Positions 1 through 14,270 of a stretch of DNA of 64,000 bases are shown one piece after another; within the stretch, counting starts at the first letter, position 1; every line of letters starts with the position of its first letter. Position numbers and translations under genes: made by a program. The notes beneath the pieces were generated by a model that worked only from the letters and a program-made list of their open reading frames with translations, was not told where the DNA came from and did not search any database. The DNA is taken from NCBI GenBank assembly GCA_964016885.1, contig OZ024743.1, positions 70,680,001 to 70,744,000 on the forward strand, written 5' to 3'. This DNA comes from Eledone cirrhosa. Lineage: Eukaryota.

Positions 1-28
1 ATATATATATATATATATATATACCTTA

Positions 29-74
<46 letters not shown>

Positions 75-93
75 TATAAATATATATGTATAT

Positions 94-510
94 ATTGAAA
101 CAAAATGAAAACGAAATTTCATTTCTCACTCTTAGTATGGCACTTACTTAAATGTAAGTATGCATGTATACGCACATACATATATGTATACAGACGTACA
201 GTAGCATGCACATATATATATACATATACATATATACATACATATGCATACAGGTACACATACATATATGCACGTATCAGTTTAGCGGCGCTTATTATAA
301 CGTCGCTTTGTTCGTTTGTAAACAAACTGAACAGCCTGAATTTATGCCATGCGGTGTTAAGGCAATCACGTCACCTTTTTGTTCAACACTGACACAGGAA
401 CGATGTACTAGGCACCGTTTACCCAGCTGCCAGATAGTTGAACGTTCGAAAGTATATACTTTCCTTATGAAAATTAACGGCTGAGCAGCCTAATTTGCAT
501 ACTGAGTGAT
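94..510 (-). mobile_element. Inverted single copy of the 472-bp HHR repeat; catalytic core deleted
   Basis: Reverse complement of the adjacent array unit. It reads ACTAG|GCACC at ~407-416 where intact units have 24 extra nt (TTTCAAGCTTGTTAGCTATCATCA). Joined to (TA)n at ~94. Confidence 0.85.
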
Positions 511-552
511 ATGCCTGAATTTATGCCATACGGTGTTAAGGCAAGGTGTTCA

Positions 553-3500
553 TTCATAAGGAAAGTATATACTTTCGAACGTTCAACTATCTGGCAGATG
601 GGTAAGCGGTGCTGATGATAGCTAACAAGCTTGAAACTAGTACATCGTTCCTGTGTCAGTGTTGAACAAAAAGGTGACGTGGTTGCCTTAACACCGTATG
701 GCATAAATTCAGGCTGTTCAGTTTGTTTACAAACGAACAAAGCGACGTTATAATAAGCGCCGCTAAACTGATACGTGCATATATGTATGTGTACCTGTAT
801 GCATATGTATGTATATATGTATATGTATATATATATGTGCATGCTACTGTACGTCTGTATACATATATGTATGTGCGTATACATGCATACTTACATTTAA
901 GTAAGTGCCATACTAAGAGTGAGAAATGAAATTTCGTTTTCATTTTGTTTCAATTTATCGTTTTCGGTATGCCTGACCGATTTAACTCACTCAATATGCA
1001 AATTAGGCTGCTCAGCCGTTAATTTTCATAAGGAAAGTATATACTTTCGAACGTTCAACTATCTGGCAGATGGGTAAACGGTGCTGATGATAGCTAACAA
1101 GCTTGAAACTAGTACATCGTTCCTGTGTCAGTGTTGAACAAAAAGGTGACGTGGTTGCCTTAACACCGTATGGCATAAATTCAGGCTGTTCAGTTTGTTT
1201 ACAAACGAACAAAGCGACGTTATAATAAGCGCCGCTAAACTGATACGTGCATATATGTATGTGTACCTGTATGCATATGTATGTATATATGTATATGTAT
1301 ATATATATGTGCATGCTACTGTACGTCTGTATACATATATGTATGTGCGTATACATGCATACTTACATTTAAGTAAGTGCCATACTAAGAGTGAGAAATG
1401 AAATTTCGTTTTCATTTTGTTTCAATTTATCGTTTTCGGTATGCCTGACCGATTTAACTCACTCAATATGCAAATTAGGCTGCTCAGCCGTTAATTTTCA
1501 TAAGGAAAGTATATACTTTCGAACGTTCAACTATCTGGCAGATGGGTAAACGGTGCTGATGATAGCTAACAAGCTTGAAACTAGTACATCGTTCCTGTGT
1601 CAGTGTTGAACAAAAAGGTGACGTGGTTGCCTTAACACCGTATGGCATAAATTCAGGCTGTTCAGTTTGTTTACAAACGAACAAAGCGACGTTATAATAA
1701 GCGCCGCTAAACTGATACGTGCATATATGTATGTGTACCTGTATGCATATGTATGTATATATGTATATGTATATATATATGTGCATGCTACTGTACGTCT
1801 GTATACATATATGTATGTGCGTATACATGCATACTTACATTTAAGTAAGTGCCATACTAAGAGTGAGAAATGAAATTTCGTTTTCATTTTGTTTCAATTT
1901 ATCGTTTTCGGTATGCCTGACCGATTTAACTCACTCAATATGCAAATTAGGCTGCTCAGCCGTTAATTTTCATAAGGAAAGTATATACTTTCGAACGTTC
2001 AACTATCTGGCAGATGGGTAAACGGTGCTGATGATAGCTAACAAGCTTGAAACTAGTACATCGTTCATGTGTCAGTGTTGAACAAAAAGGTGACGTGGTT
2101 GCCTTAACACCGTATGGCATAAATTCAGGCTGTTCAGTTTGTTTACAAACGAACAAAGCGACGTTATAATAAGCGCCGCTAAACTGATACGTGCATATAT
2201 GTATGTGTACCTGTATGCATATGTATGTATATATGTATATGTATATATATATGTGCATGCTACTGTACGTCTGTATACATATATGTATGTGCGTATACAT
2301 GCATACTTACATTTAAGTAAGTGCCATACTAAGAGTGAGAAATGAAATTTCGTTTTCATTTTGTTTCAATTTATCGTTTTCGGTATGCCTGACCGATTTA
2401 ACTCACTCAATATGCAAATTAGGCTGCTCAGCCGTTAATTTTCATAAGGAAAGTATTATTACTTTCGAACGTTCAACTATCTGGCAGATGGGGTAAACGG
2501 TGCTGATGATAGCTAACAAGCTTGAAACTAGTACATCGTTCCTGTGTGTCAGTGTTGAACAAAAAGGTGACGTGGTTGCCTTAACACCGTATGGCATAAA
2601 TTCAGGCTGTTCAGTTTGTTTACAAACGAACAAAGCGACGTTATAATAAGCGCCGCTAAACTGATACGTGCATATATGTATGTGTACCTGTATGCATATG
2701 TATGTATATATGTATATGTATATATATATGTGCATGCTACTGTACGTCTGTATACATATATGTATGTGCGTATACATGCATACTTACATTTAAGTAAGTG
2801 CCATACTAAGAGTGAGAAATGAAATTTCGTTTTCATTTTGTTTCAATTTATCGTTTTCGGTATGCCTGACCGATTTAACTCACTCAATATGCAAATTAGG
2901 CTGCTCAGCCGTTAATTTTCATAAGGAAAGTATATACTTTCGAACGTTCAAACTATCTGGCAGATGGGTAAACGGTGCTGATGATAGCTAACAAGCTTGA
3001 AACTAGTACAATCGTTCCTGTGTCAGTGTTGAACAAAAAGGTGACGTGGTTGCCTTAACACCGTATGGCATAAATTCAGGCTGTTCAGTTTGTTTACAAA
3101 CGAACAAAGCGACGTTATAATAAGCGCCGCTAAACTGATACGTGCATATATGTATGTGTACCTGTATGCATATGTATGTATATATGTTATATGTATATAT
3201 ATATGTGCATGCTACTGTACGTCTGTATACATATATGTATGTGCGTATACATGCATACTTACATTTAAGTAAGTGCCATACTAAGAGTGAGAAATGAAAT
3301 TTCGTTTTCATTTTGTTTCAATTTATCGTTTTCGGTATGCCTGACCGATTTAACTCACTCAATATGCAAATTAGGCTGCTCAGCCGTTAATTTTCATAAG
3401 GAAAGTATATACTTTCGAACGTTCAACTATCTGGCAGATGGGTAAACGGTGCTGATGATAGCTAACAAGCTTGAAACTAGTACATCGTTCATGTGTCAGT

Positions 3501-3742
3501 GTTGAACAAAAAGGTGACGTGGTTGCCTTAACACCGATATGGCATAAATTCAGGCTGTTCAGTTTGTTTACAAACGAACAAAGCGACGTTATAATAAGCG
3601 CCGCTAAACTGATGATTCGTGCATATATGGTAGGGTGTACCTGTATGCATATGTATGTATATATGTATATTGTATATATATATGTGCATGCTACTGTACG
3701 TCTGTATACATATATGTATGTGCGTATACATGCATACTTACA

Positions 3743-3743
<1 letters not shown>
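553..3743 (+). repeat. Tandem array (~6.8 x 472 bp) of a hammerhead-containing non-autonomous PLE/retrozyme-like unit
   Basis: Identical ORF translations recur every 472 bp (943, 1415, 1887, 2359). Each unit has one HHR motif. The array ends in (TA)n. Confidence 0.9.
1077..1121 (+). ncRNA. Minimal type I hammerhead ribozyme (representative copy; also ~605, 1549, 2021, ~2496, ~2971, ~3445)
   Basis: AACGGTG-CTGATGA-T AGCT aaca AGCT T-GAAA-C TA G T A^CATCGTT. Stem I is AACGGTG/CATCGTT and stem III is the palindrome ACTAGT, as in PLE minimal HHRs. Confidence 0.85.
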
Positions 3744-3823
<80 letters not shown>

Positions 3824-4084
3824 ATATATATAATATATATATATATATTCCTTATATATTATATATATAATATATATATTTATAAATATATATATATATA
3901 TATATAATAATATATATATATATATATTGTATATATACATTATTATATATATATATACATATATAAGGTATATATTATATATACATATATATATATATAT
4001 ACAACATATCGCATGATATGTGATACGACTATTGGGGCATAATGAAGCAATCAAAAGTAACAATATTGTTATCGAACTCTCCAT

Positions 4085-4417
4085 TCCTCCTTTACTCTCT
4101 CTCTCTCTCTCTCTTCCCCCTCTTACTCTCTCTCTCCTTCCTCCTTACTCTCGTCCTCCTCCCCCCCCTCTTACTCTTATTCCCCCTCTTTATTCTCTCT
4201 TTTCCTCTCATCATCTCTTTCTTTACTTCTCTCTCTCCCCCTCTCTCCCTTACTCTCGTCCTTCTTCTCTCTCTCTCTCTCACTTCCATCCCTCCTCTTA
4301 TTCCCTCTCTTTCTTTCTTTCTCTCTCCCTTCCTCATCAATCATCTCTCTCCATCTCTCTCTCCTCTCCTCTCTCTCTCTCTCTTCCCTCTTCTCTCTCT
4401 CTCTAATCTTCTCCTCT

Positions 4418-4487
<70 letters not shown>

Positions 4488-4603
4488 TGTCCTCCATCTC
4501 TCCACCTCTCTCATCTTATCTCTCCACTCTCTCCATCTCTCCACTCTCTCCATCTCTCTCTCTCTATCTCTCCACTTCTCTATCTCTCCACTCTCTCTAT
4601 GTC

Positions 4604-4700
<97 letters not shown>

Positions 4701-4744
4701 TATCCTCACCACCTCTCTATCTCTCCACTCCTCTATCTCTCACA

Positions 4745-4834
<90 letters not shown>

Positions 4835-4965
4835 TCCACTCTCTCTATCTCTCCATCTCTCCACTCTCTCTATCTCTCCACTCTCTCTATCTCTCCATCT
4901 CTCACTCTCTCCATCTCTCCACCTCTCTATCTCTCCATCCTTCTATCCCTCTATCTCCCTCACTC
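4085..4965. repeat. (CT)n-rich low-complexity tract
   Basis: Degenerate CT dinucleotide run. Confidence 0.95.
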
Positions 4966-5199
4966 GCACCACTAACTCCCACCTCTCCTCCAACATAACA
5001 CTGTCCGTAACATGTCAGTTCTATCGTCTGCAGAAGGCCGCAGTCGTCTGCAAGAGGCTATCCCGTGACAAAAATCATGCTTTATCGTTGGTTCCCAGTT
5101 TAATCGGCTTCGAACGTCTCTCTAAAAATAGATTCCATCGATTAACCACAAATTTCAATCACTACCAGAACGCCCACCAACGCCCAATGGTAATATTAA

Positions 5200-5226
5200 T
5201 AATGATGATGGTGATGGTGATGATGT

Positions 5227-5282
<56 letters not shown>

Positions 5283-5747
5283 GTGTTGATGGCGATGATG
5301 ATGGTGATAATATTGATGGTGATAATAGTGGTGATGATGATGATGATGGTGGTGGTGGAGATAATGATAATGTTGATGTTGATGTTGATATTTATTAAGA
5401 ATGGAGCTGAAGACAGCGATGAAGATGGTAATGATGGTGATGTTGATGGTAATGGTGATGGTGATGGGGATGGTGATGATGATGGTGATGTTGATGGTGA
5501 TGGTGATGGTGATGGTGATGGTGATGGTGATGGTGATGATGTTGATGGTAATGGTGATGTTGATGGTGATGGTGATGGTGATGGTGATGGTTGATGGTGA
5601 TGTTGATTGTAATTGGCTGATGTTGATGTTGATGGTGATGGTGATGGTGATGGTGATGATGATGGTGATGTTGATGGTGATGGTGATGGTGATGTTGATG
5701 TTGATGGTGAATTTAGGCACATGCTTACACATTTTGCAAAAGAGGTT

Positions 5748-5837
<90 letters not shown>

Positions 5838-5849
5838 CAGCAGCAGTAA

Positions 5850-5942
<93 letters not shown>

Positions 5943-5958
5943 CAGCAGCAGTAACAGT

Positions 5959-6020
<62 letters not shown>

Positions 6021-6059
6021 CAGCAGCAGCAGCAGTAACAGCAGCAGCAGCAGCAGTAA

Positions 6060-6098
<39 letters not shown>

Positions 6099-6105
6099 CA
6101 TCAGT
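5200..6105. repeat. Compound (GAT)n/(GGTGAT)n and (TAG)n/(CAG)n microsatellites
   Basis: Visible trinucleotide and hexanucleotide runs. Confidence 0.95.
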
Positions 6106-6914
6106 AGAAGTGGTGTGGTGGTATAGAGCGGCCTATATATCAGCCCACCCATCACTCTTCAGAAGCTCCCTGCACACAAAAGTGTCAGTTAACATTCTTT
6201 ACATAGAACCAGACATCTTCCCACTTAAAGGAACAATTTACTAAACAAAAATATTATTGTTTCCCCAATCAACACCAGTGAAGACATGTGGCTTAGGGAT
6301 TAAGGGGTTCGACTCGAGATCATAGGAGCGTGAATTCGATACCTCGATTGGCCGGCATCCTCTTATATTCTATTATATGTTCCAGTCGACAGGCTGAGGC
6401 CATGCTGGGGCACTACCCTTGATCATGACTCTTTATTTCTGTTCGCTTTTCATGGCTGGATTAGAGAGCCCTATCGTTAATATATCCGAGAAATCTCCTA
6501 TGAGGTGTAGCCTTGTAGGGGGACAGCAAAATCTACAATGATCTGTGCTTTAACAATATAATAAAACTGATGCCACTATTATTAAAACACTCAAGAAACT
6601 TCCAATAAGATGCAGCCACACAGGAGGCCAGCTAAATCTACATATGTTTGAGCTGTTACAATAGCATGATAAGACTAGTGCCCTTATCATTAAAACACAT
6701 CAGAAACCTCAAGTGAGGAACATCCTAGAAGTCCAGCTAAATGTACATAGGAAAATGGTTACTCTGAAGGCCAGTCGAGAGGCTCCAGTTGTGGTTGGAA
6801 ACTGGACACATCAACTGCACGATAAAATAAAGTACCAGTAATGTACTGGGTAATTGCTGGCCTTGTGCCTAATGTAGAAACAATTATATAAAAACTTGCA
6901 TATAATATTGGTAT

Positions 6915-7345
6915 GTGAAACTGGTACGTAAAACTGGTATGCAAAACTGGTCTATAAAACTGGTTTATAAAACTGGTATGTAAGACTGGTATGTAAAACT
7001 CATGTAAAATTGTATGTAAAATTGGTCTGTAAAACTAGTATATAAAACTGTAATATAAAACTGGCATGTAAAACTGGTATGTAATACTGGCATGTAAAAC
7101 TGTTATTAAAAAACTGGCATGTAAAACTGTTATGTAAAGAATGGCATGTAAAACTGCTATATAAAATTAGCATATAAAACCGTTATGTAAAACTGGTATG
7201 TAATACTTGTATGTTAAACTGGTATATAAAGCTACTTTATATAATTGATATATAGAACTCCTATCTACAACTGCCATGGGAAACTCTTATATAAAACTAG
7301 TATGTAAAACTTATATAAAACTGGTATGTAAAACTGGTATGTATA
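6915..7345. repeat. Degenerate 13-bp minisatellite (TAAAACTGGTATG)
   Basis: Many imperfect tandem copies of TAAAACTGGTATG. Confidence 0.85.
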
Positions 7346-7652
7346 ACGTGTACAGCAATTATTTTTCAAAAGTGAATCTAATGTAATTATATAATGTCAA
7401 TAAGTTCAACAAAAATCTAATGACTGTCGTAATTGATGTCATTTAAGACACAATCGTTGTCAACAAAACATTTTGCCTATATCTTGTTAATCTTCTCTCG
7501 TTTGCATATATTTGTAATCTCTCTCTTTCTCTCTTTCTCTCTCTCACTCATTCCCTCTCACTCTCTCTCTCTCTCTGACTCATTCTCTCTCACTCTCTCT
7601 CTATATTTCTTGCTCTCTCACTCTCTCTTTCTCAATGTTCTCTCTCTCTCTC

Positions 7653-7692
<40 letters not shown>

Positions 7693-8064
7693 CCTCCCTA
7701 TCTCAGTTTATTTCTCTCACCTTTTCCCTCTCTCTCATTCTTTCTGTCTCTTTCTCTTACATACACTTATATGCTCTCTCTCAGTGTATTTCTCCCCCCC
7801 CCCCTCTCTCTCTCTCTTTCTCACATTCACTCGCACTCTTGCTTTGTCTCTCTCTCTCTCTCTTTCATTCACTACATCTCTATCCTTCTCCACCTCTCAC
7901 TCTCTCGGTATCTTCTATATTACCTCTCACATTATCTATCTATCTATCATTCTATCTATCTCGTTTCCTTTCATCTTTTTAGATAATGTTCTGTTGTTTA
8001 TTTCTATTGTTTTTGCTTCCGGCTCAACAATTTTAATTGTTTTAGATCGTTCCCTAAATAGATG

Positions 8065-8166
8065 TGGTTGATGGTGATGATGATGATGATGATGATATTG
8101 ATGATGATGAGGTTGATGTTGGTGATGATGTAGCAGTGATAGCAGCAGCAGCAGCAGCAGCAGCAA

Positions 8167-8212
<46 letters not shown>

Positions 8213-8281
8213 TGTAGTAGTAGTAGTACTAGCAGCAGCAGCAGCAGTAGTAGCAGAGCGGCAGCAGCGGCGGCAGCAGCG

Positions 8282-8361
<80 letters not shown>

Positions 8362-8785
8362 CACCATTGTTGTTTTTGTTATTGTTGATGTTGATCATGT
8401 CTTTTTTATATAGTTCTGGCTGTTGTTGTTGGTGTTGTTGTTGTTGCAGTAGTTGTTGTTATAGATGTTGGTCTCGTCGTTTCTATTGTAGTTCCTGTTG
8501 TTGTTGTTATTGTTGTTGTTGTTGTATCGTCACCATCCCATCATTATCATCAATCTCACCACCACCACCATCAACATCATCATCATCACCACCATTATCA
8601 CCACCGTCATCATCATCATCACCACCATTATCACCACCATCACCACCACCACCACCACCATCACCACCATCATCATCATCACCATTATCACCATCATCAC
8701 CATCATTATCATCACCACCATCACCACCATTATCACCAACATCACCACCCTCACCACCACCACCCTCACCATCACCATCATCATA
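8065..8785. repeat. Compound trinucleotide microsatellites (GAT, CAG, TAG, TTG, CAT/CAC)
   Basis: Visible runs. Confidence 0.9.
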
Positions 8786-8881
8786 TTCTACTGGAAACCC
8801 CCACTGTGCCCGTCTATTGTAGTGCTCCCTATATGTCGGCCCTCTTGGCCAATAAAGAAATTATTATAATTTTTATTATTA

Positions 8882-9072
8882 TGGTAGAGAGTCGGACAAC
8901 ATGCTTTGCGGCATAGTTATGTCCCTTTACGTTCTGAGTTCAAATCCCGCCGAGCTTAGCCTTGCCTTTCATCCTTATGGGGTCGATAAAATAAAGTACC
9001 AGTAACGCACTGGGTCGATTTAAACGACTTTACCCTCCCCCAAATTGCTGGCCTTATGTCTTTATTAGAGAT
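8882..9072 (+). mobile_element. Cephalopod-type SINE (other copies ~33612-33782 +, 35875-36012 -, 46270-46415 +, 50615-50780 +, 54088-54270 +, fragments ~9650, 31255, 34370, 36975, 45985)
   Basis: Recurrent core GTTCTGAGTTCAAATCCCGCC (B-box-like) ... TTTGCCTTTCATCC ... GTCGATAAAATAAAGTACCAGT ... AATTGCTGGCCTT. Confidence 0.75.
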
Positions 9073-10101
9073 CATTATTATTATTAATAATAATATTATC
9101 ATCAACGTACCTTTTCGACGGGCAACAGTACAGTTTCCGTCTACCAAATTCAACTCTCAAACCATTGACTTTCGAGAAGAAAAAAACACTTGTCCACAAT
9201 CACAGAACGAAATAGTTGTGAAGCGATCGTCTTTACCACTAGGCCATGCCTATGTCTACTTGTGCTTACGTGTGTATAGTTCTGTGTTTATATGCTGTTT
9301 GTGTGTGTGTGCGGGGCGGGGGGTGATTAACCCTTTATTCTGATCGTATTTCTGATGAAATGTACTGACTATGGTTTTCAAATAATTTTGAAAATAACTT
9401 AAACGTTTGATATATTTTGTAACATAATTAACTTTCTAATTAATAAGTTGTTGTTTGGAACATAACTTAATAAAGGTTCTTACATCAAATTATAGAAGAT
9501 TTTTTAGATAATTATCAATATTTTGAAACAAACAGTTTTGTATCATAGGAACCGGGGTGGGGATGTTCAGATTGTATTAAATCTCTGGTTAACTGATATT
9601 TTTGGTTTCCTCGTCACTTGGAGATAAAGTGTCAAAGTTGTTAGAATGTGATATAGAATGATCTGCAGTATTGGTTCCGTCTATATCAGTTCAGATACCG
9701 CCGATTTCTGCCTTTCATCTCTTCAAGGACGATAAATAAAAAGGTTCCAATCCCGTACTGAGATCGATATATCTTTTTCACTTACCCTCGATCACTTTCT
9801 CTTTTTAGGAAGAAGGATGTGCTATGGCAGATTTAAAATGACAATACCACCACCCCCGAAAAAATGTCTGACTGAATACACACGTGTTTTGTCTCTAAAT
9901 CTTTTTTTCCAGTTTCTTCCTCTTCTCACTCGTTATCTTTCTATTTCATTTCATCTTTTACTTCGCATTCTATTCGCATTCTATCTCTCTGCAACGTTAA
10001 AAATATGTTCCTACTATATCTGGCGTTAAACTAATATATTTCTTCGTTGTACTATATTGGGTGTTTTGTTGTTTCAGTTTACTTTTCACACACACACACA
10101 A

Positions 10102-10148
<47 letters not shown>

Positions 10149-10336
10149 TATATATAAAAGTTCAGGACCCCGACGGCAGAGCTCAAGCCGTTTCGACGGC
10201 TATTTCTGGACTCTACTCTATATATATATAACGAAGGAAGTGTGGTAAGGAACCAGGTTGACCATAACGCACCAGAGTACTCAATACAGAAATAGCCGTC
10301 GAAACGGCTTGAGCTCTGCCGTCGAGGTCCTGAACC

Positions 10337-10372
<36 letters not shown>

Positions 10373-10494
10373 AAATTAAGATAAATCAAATGAATTTAAT
10401 TCAAATCAAAATTATGGGTGTCATGCCAGAAAGGCATGCGCCATATCACCCGCAAAATAAGCTCTAAGATTCTAACGGGTAGGTCCGAGCATTT

Positions 10495-10708
10495 TATAAT
10501 AACTAGAAATTGATTAACATATAAATAAACATGAATAATCACAGGAGATAATTTTTACAAGTGTGTAACCACACATAGCTAGGTAGGTAACTAAATAAAG
10601 TTGACCAGAACTTCAAAAATAGATACCTTATAATATGATTAATTGTAAAAATTATCTCCTGTGATTATTCATGTTTATTTATATGTTAATCAATGTCTAG
10701 TTATTATA
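10495..10708. repeat. ~65-bp inverted repeat between (TA)n tracts
   Basis: TATAATAACTAGAAATTGATTAAC...TTTTTACAA (10497-10560) is reverse-complemented at 10643-10708. Confidence 0.75.
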
Positions 10709-10727
10709 TATATATATATATATATAT

Positions 10728-11798
10728 ATAGATAATTTAATATATCAACTAACGTAAGCGCACAGATGCACGCCCATGCCAGCAAATACACAGGTTATGT
10801 CATAGTACCTAGGTGGTTCAATGCAGGAGAATGCAGAACAATAATATAAAGGACGTAAAATAAGAAAATATTTTTTTTAAAAAAAAAATTTAAAAAAAAT
10901 TTTTTTCTTACTTAAATTTTCACTCCAACTAATTAGTTTCTGCAATGGGATAAAGACAGTTACGTAATCCAACTGTCGAGAATTCATTGCGTCATCAGGA
11001 AGTCTATTCTCAGTTAAGTCTCCAGGCAATGCGCGGACACTGGCGGCTCATATAAAAATAATAATAATTCGGTAGATCGAACAGCTTGCGAGGACTGGAT
11101 TCTATGTACCGAAATTCTCACTGCTTCAAGTCAAATGGCCGATTCTAAAGAATCAATCACGTGACACAGAGGCTAGTTAGAAGGAATGGGATGGTAAGAT
11201 GACTGACGCCTACTAACACCCCAAAAAAAATTTTTTTTTTTTTTTTTTTTAGAAGTGGTTTTGACAGGTTTGCTCGACAAATCAGTGATTTGGAGATAAA
11301 TATAGATAATTTAATATATCAACTAACGTAAGCGCACAGATGCACGCCCATGCCAGCAAATACACAGGTTATGTCATAGTACCTAGGTGGTTCAATGCAG
11401 GAGAATGCAGAACAATAATATAAAGGACGTAAAATAAGAAAATATTTTTTTTAAAAAAAATTTAAAAAAAATTTTTTTCTTACTTAAATTTTCACTCCAA
11501 CTAATTAGTTTCTGCAATGGGATAAAGACAGTTACGTAATCCAACTGTCGAGAATTCATTGCGTCATCAGGAAGTCTATTCTCAGTTAAGTCTCCAGGCA
11601 ATGCGCGGACACTGGCGGCTCATATAAAAATAATAATAATTCGGTAGATCGAACAGCTTGCGAGGACTGGATTCTATGTACCGAAATTCTCACTGCTTCA
11701 AGTCAAATGGCCGATTCTAAAGAATCAATCACGTGACACAGAGGCTAGTTAGAAGGAATGGGATGGTAAGATGACTGACGCCTACTAACACCCCCCCC

Positions 11799-11836
<38 letters not shown>

Positions 11837-12281
11837 GTGGTTTTGACAGGTTTGCTCGACAAATCAGTGATTTGGAGATAAATATAGATAATTTAATATA
11901 TCAACTAACGTAAGCGCACAGATGCACGCCCATGCCAGCAAATACACAGGTTATGTCATAGCCTCTGTGTCACGTGATTGATTCTTTAGAATCGGCCATT
12001 TGACTTGAAGCAGTGAGAATTTCGGTACATAGAATCCAGTCCTCGCAAGCTGTTCGATCTACCGAATTATTATTATTTTTATATGAGCCGCCAGTGTCCG
12101 CGCATTGCCTGGAGACTTAACTGAGAATAGACTTCCTGATGACGCAATGAATTCTCGACAGTTGGATTACGTAACTGTCTTTATCCCATTGCAGAAACTA
12201 ATTAGTTGGAGTGAAAATTTAAGTAAGAAAAAAATTTTTTTTTAATTTTTTTTTTTTTTAAATATTTTCTTATTTTACGTC

Positions 12282-12285
<4 letters not shown>
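10728..12285 (-). mobile_element. ~575-580 bp HHR-bearing unit: 2.1 tandem copies plus an inverted 5'-truncated copy (11962-12285)
   Basis: GATAATTTAATATATC recurs at 10731, 11305 and 11887. 11962-12285 is the reverse complement of the unit interior. Flanked by (TA)n. Confidence 0.85.
12131..12212 (+). ncRNA. Type I hammerhead with long stem II (also 10922-11003 - and 11494-11575 -)
   Basis: ACTTC-CTGATGA-c GCAATG..GACAGTT..AACTGTC..CATTGC a-GAAA-CTAATTAG T T^GGAGT. Stem III is palindromic (AACTAATTAGTT). Confidence 0.75.
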
Positions 12286-12334
<49 letters not shown>

Positions 12335-12336
12335 GT

Positions 12337-12380
<44 letters not shown>

Positions 12381-12461
12381 CGAAGGAAATGTGGTAAGGA
12401 ACCAGGTGGACCATAACGCACCAAAGTACTCAATACTTAGGGTAGTAGAGTGGGTAATAGG

Positions 12462-12530
<69 letters not shown>

Positions 12531-13498
12531 GTTTGTGTGTGTGTGTATTTATGTGTGCATATACGGTAAAGACCCCGTCAGTCACTAATGACTATGGACT
12601 TTGCACGTAGAAATTTCCCCTCCCAGGGACAAGACCGGGCAATGTAGTTTGTGGGGCACCACCAAATCACCCATGCATGCCAGGCTTCCCACTCCACGCC
12701 ATAGATATTGTCCAACAGCAAGCCAATGGCCGATACAACTTGGCACCAGTGAAATAACGTGAAATATCTTTTATTTTTTCAATTTACAGGGAAATACGTA
12801 TTTTCTGAAATGTTTACATGCCTATATAACAGATGAGTGTATAAATATACACTCGTTGCTGTTGTCTCAGTTACACACTCTGTATTTATATAGATATAAC
12901 TTTATCGTACACTTTGGCTGCTAGCACACTTCTTAATATATACACACATGATGATGATGATGGTGGTGGTGGTGGCGGGGATGATACAGGAGGTACTTTT
13001 GGTGGTGTGTTGTTATTTGTTTGTACGATATTAGAGTATGGTGGAGGTGGCGAGGTGTGATATTAGTCATGTATACCTTTTAAAACCAAAGTTAAATTGG
13101 GTGTGAAAATGGTAGCATCGAGGTCACTATTTAGTGGTAAAGGAACGAGAGAGAGAGAGGCGCATAGAGGGGAAAAGAGAGAGGGAAGAGGGAGAGAGAT
13201 GTGGAGTGGGAGAGAGGTGGTGAAAGAATGGTGACATTCCCCGTAATAAGCAATTATTTGGCTGGATGGAGTGAGATGAAGATCGCTTATATAGCCAATA
13301 AATAACTTCACTCACATACACAAACAAATATACATTTAATTATGTCTCATATAAAATAATACAACTGGCTATCCGCAAAATACGTATAGTTAGCACCCCA
13401 AACGTATAATTGGGATTATACCAAGGTATATCCTAATGTTTGTTGAGTGAGACGGAAGTCGATCAGAGTATTGCTTAAAGCTTTCTCTGTTAATGTAT

Positions 13499-13537
<39 letters not shown>

Positions 13538-13544
<7 letters not shown>

Positions 13545-14270
13545 GAGAAGAAAGAAGAATACTGCGTGGTTTGCACATGGGTTACATATGATAAAAATAG
13601 TCCTTCGTCAGTGATTTTTCAACAATCATTGGTATATCATCGCATTAAAAATCAGATACCTCAGGTTGGTGCGAGCAAAAATATAAAAAAAAGTTATTGG
13701 GACCAGTAATCGCGTAAAGCGATGGGGACAAGTGAACAATATAGAAGGATAAAAACAAACCAAAGAAAGGAAATAAACAAGCAACATGGTAGTCCTGGTC
13801 AGCATAAACTGGGTGGATTTCATGAGCGAAAAGAATAGACGTCCGACGTGAGTAAGATGTAAGCAAGAAGAGGCCCACTATTAGCCAAACGGGAGGAAGT
13901 GAGAAGGGGAGAAACAGAGAGTGAGTGAGTGGAAGTGCGAGGAAGCGGTCAGTCGAGAGAAAGTGTAACTGACAGAGGGGACGAAAGAAGATGAGAGAAA
14001 CAGAGAGAGCGGGGAAGCAGTAAGAGAGAAACAGACAAACGCTGCCGAGGTAAATATATATAAAAAAACATGAGAAAAAAGAAGAATACTGCGTGGTTTG
14101 CACATGAGTTACATATGATAAAAATAGTCCTTCGTCAGTGATTTTTCAACAATCATTGGTATTTCATCGCATTAAAAATCAGATACATCAAGTTGGTGCG
14201 AGCAATAATCTAAAAAAATTTATTGGGACCAGTAATCGCGTAAAGCGAGGTGGACAAGTGAACAACATAG

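Noticed and set aside
4020-8870. Long poly-Leu/Ser/Met/Pro ORFs
   Set aside because: Microsatellite translations.
9340-9375. CTGATGAAA as a hammerhead (also ~51005)
   Set aside because: No compatible stems or GAAA/NUH arrangement.
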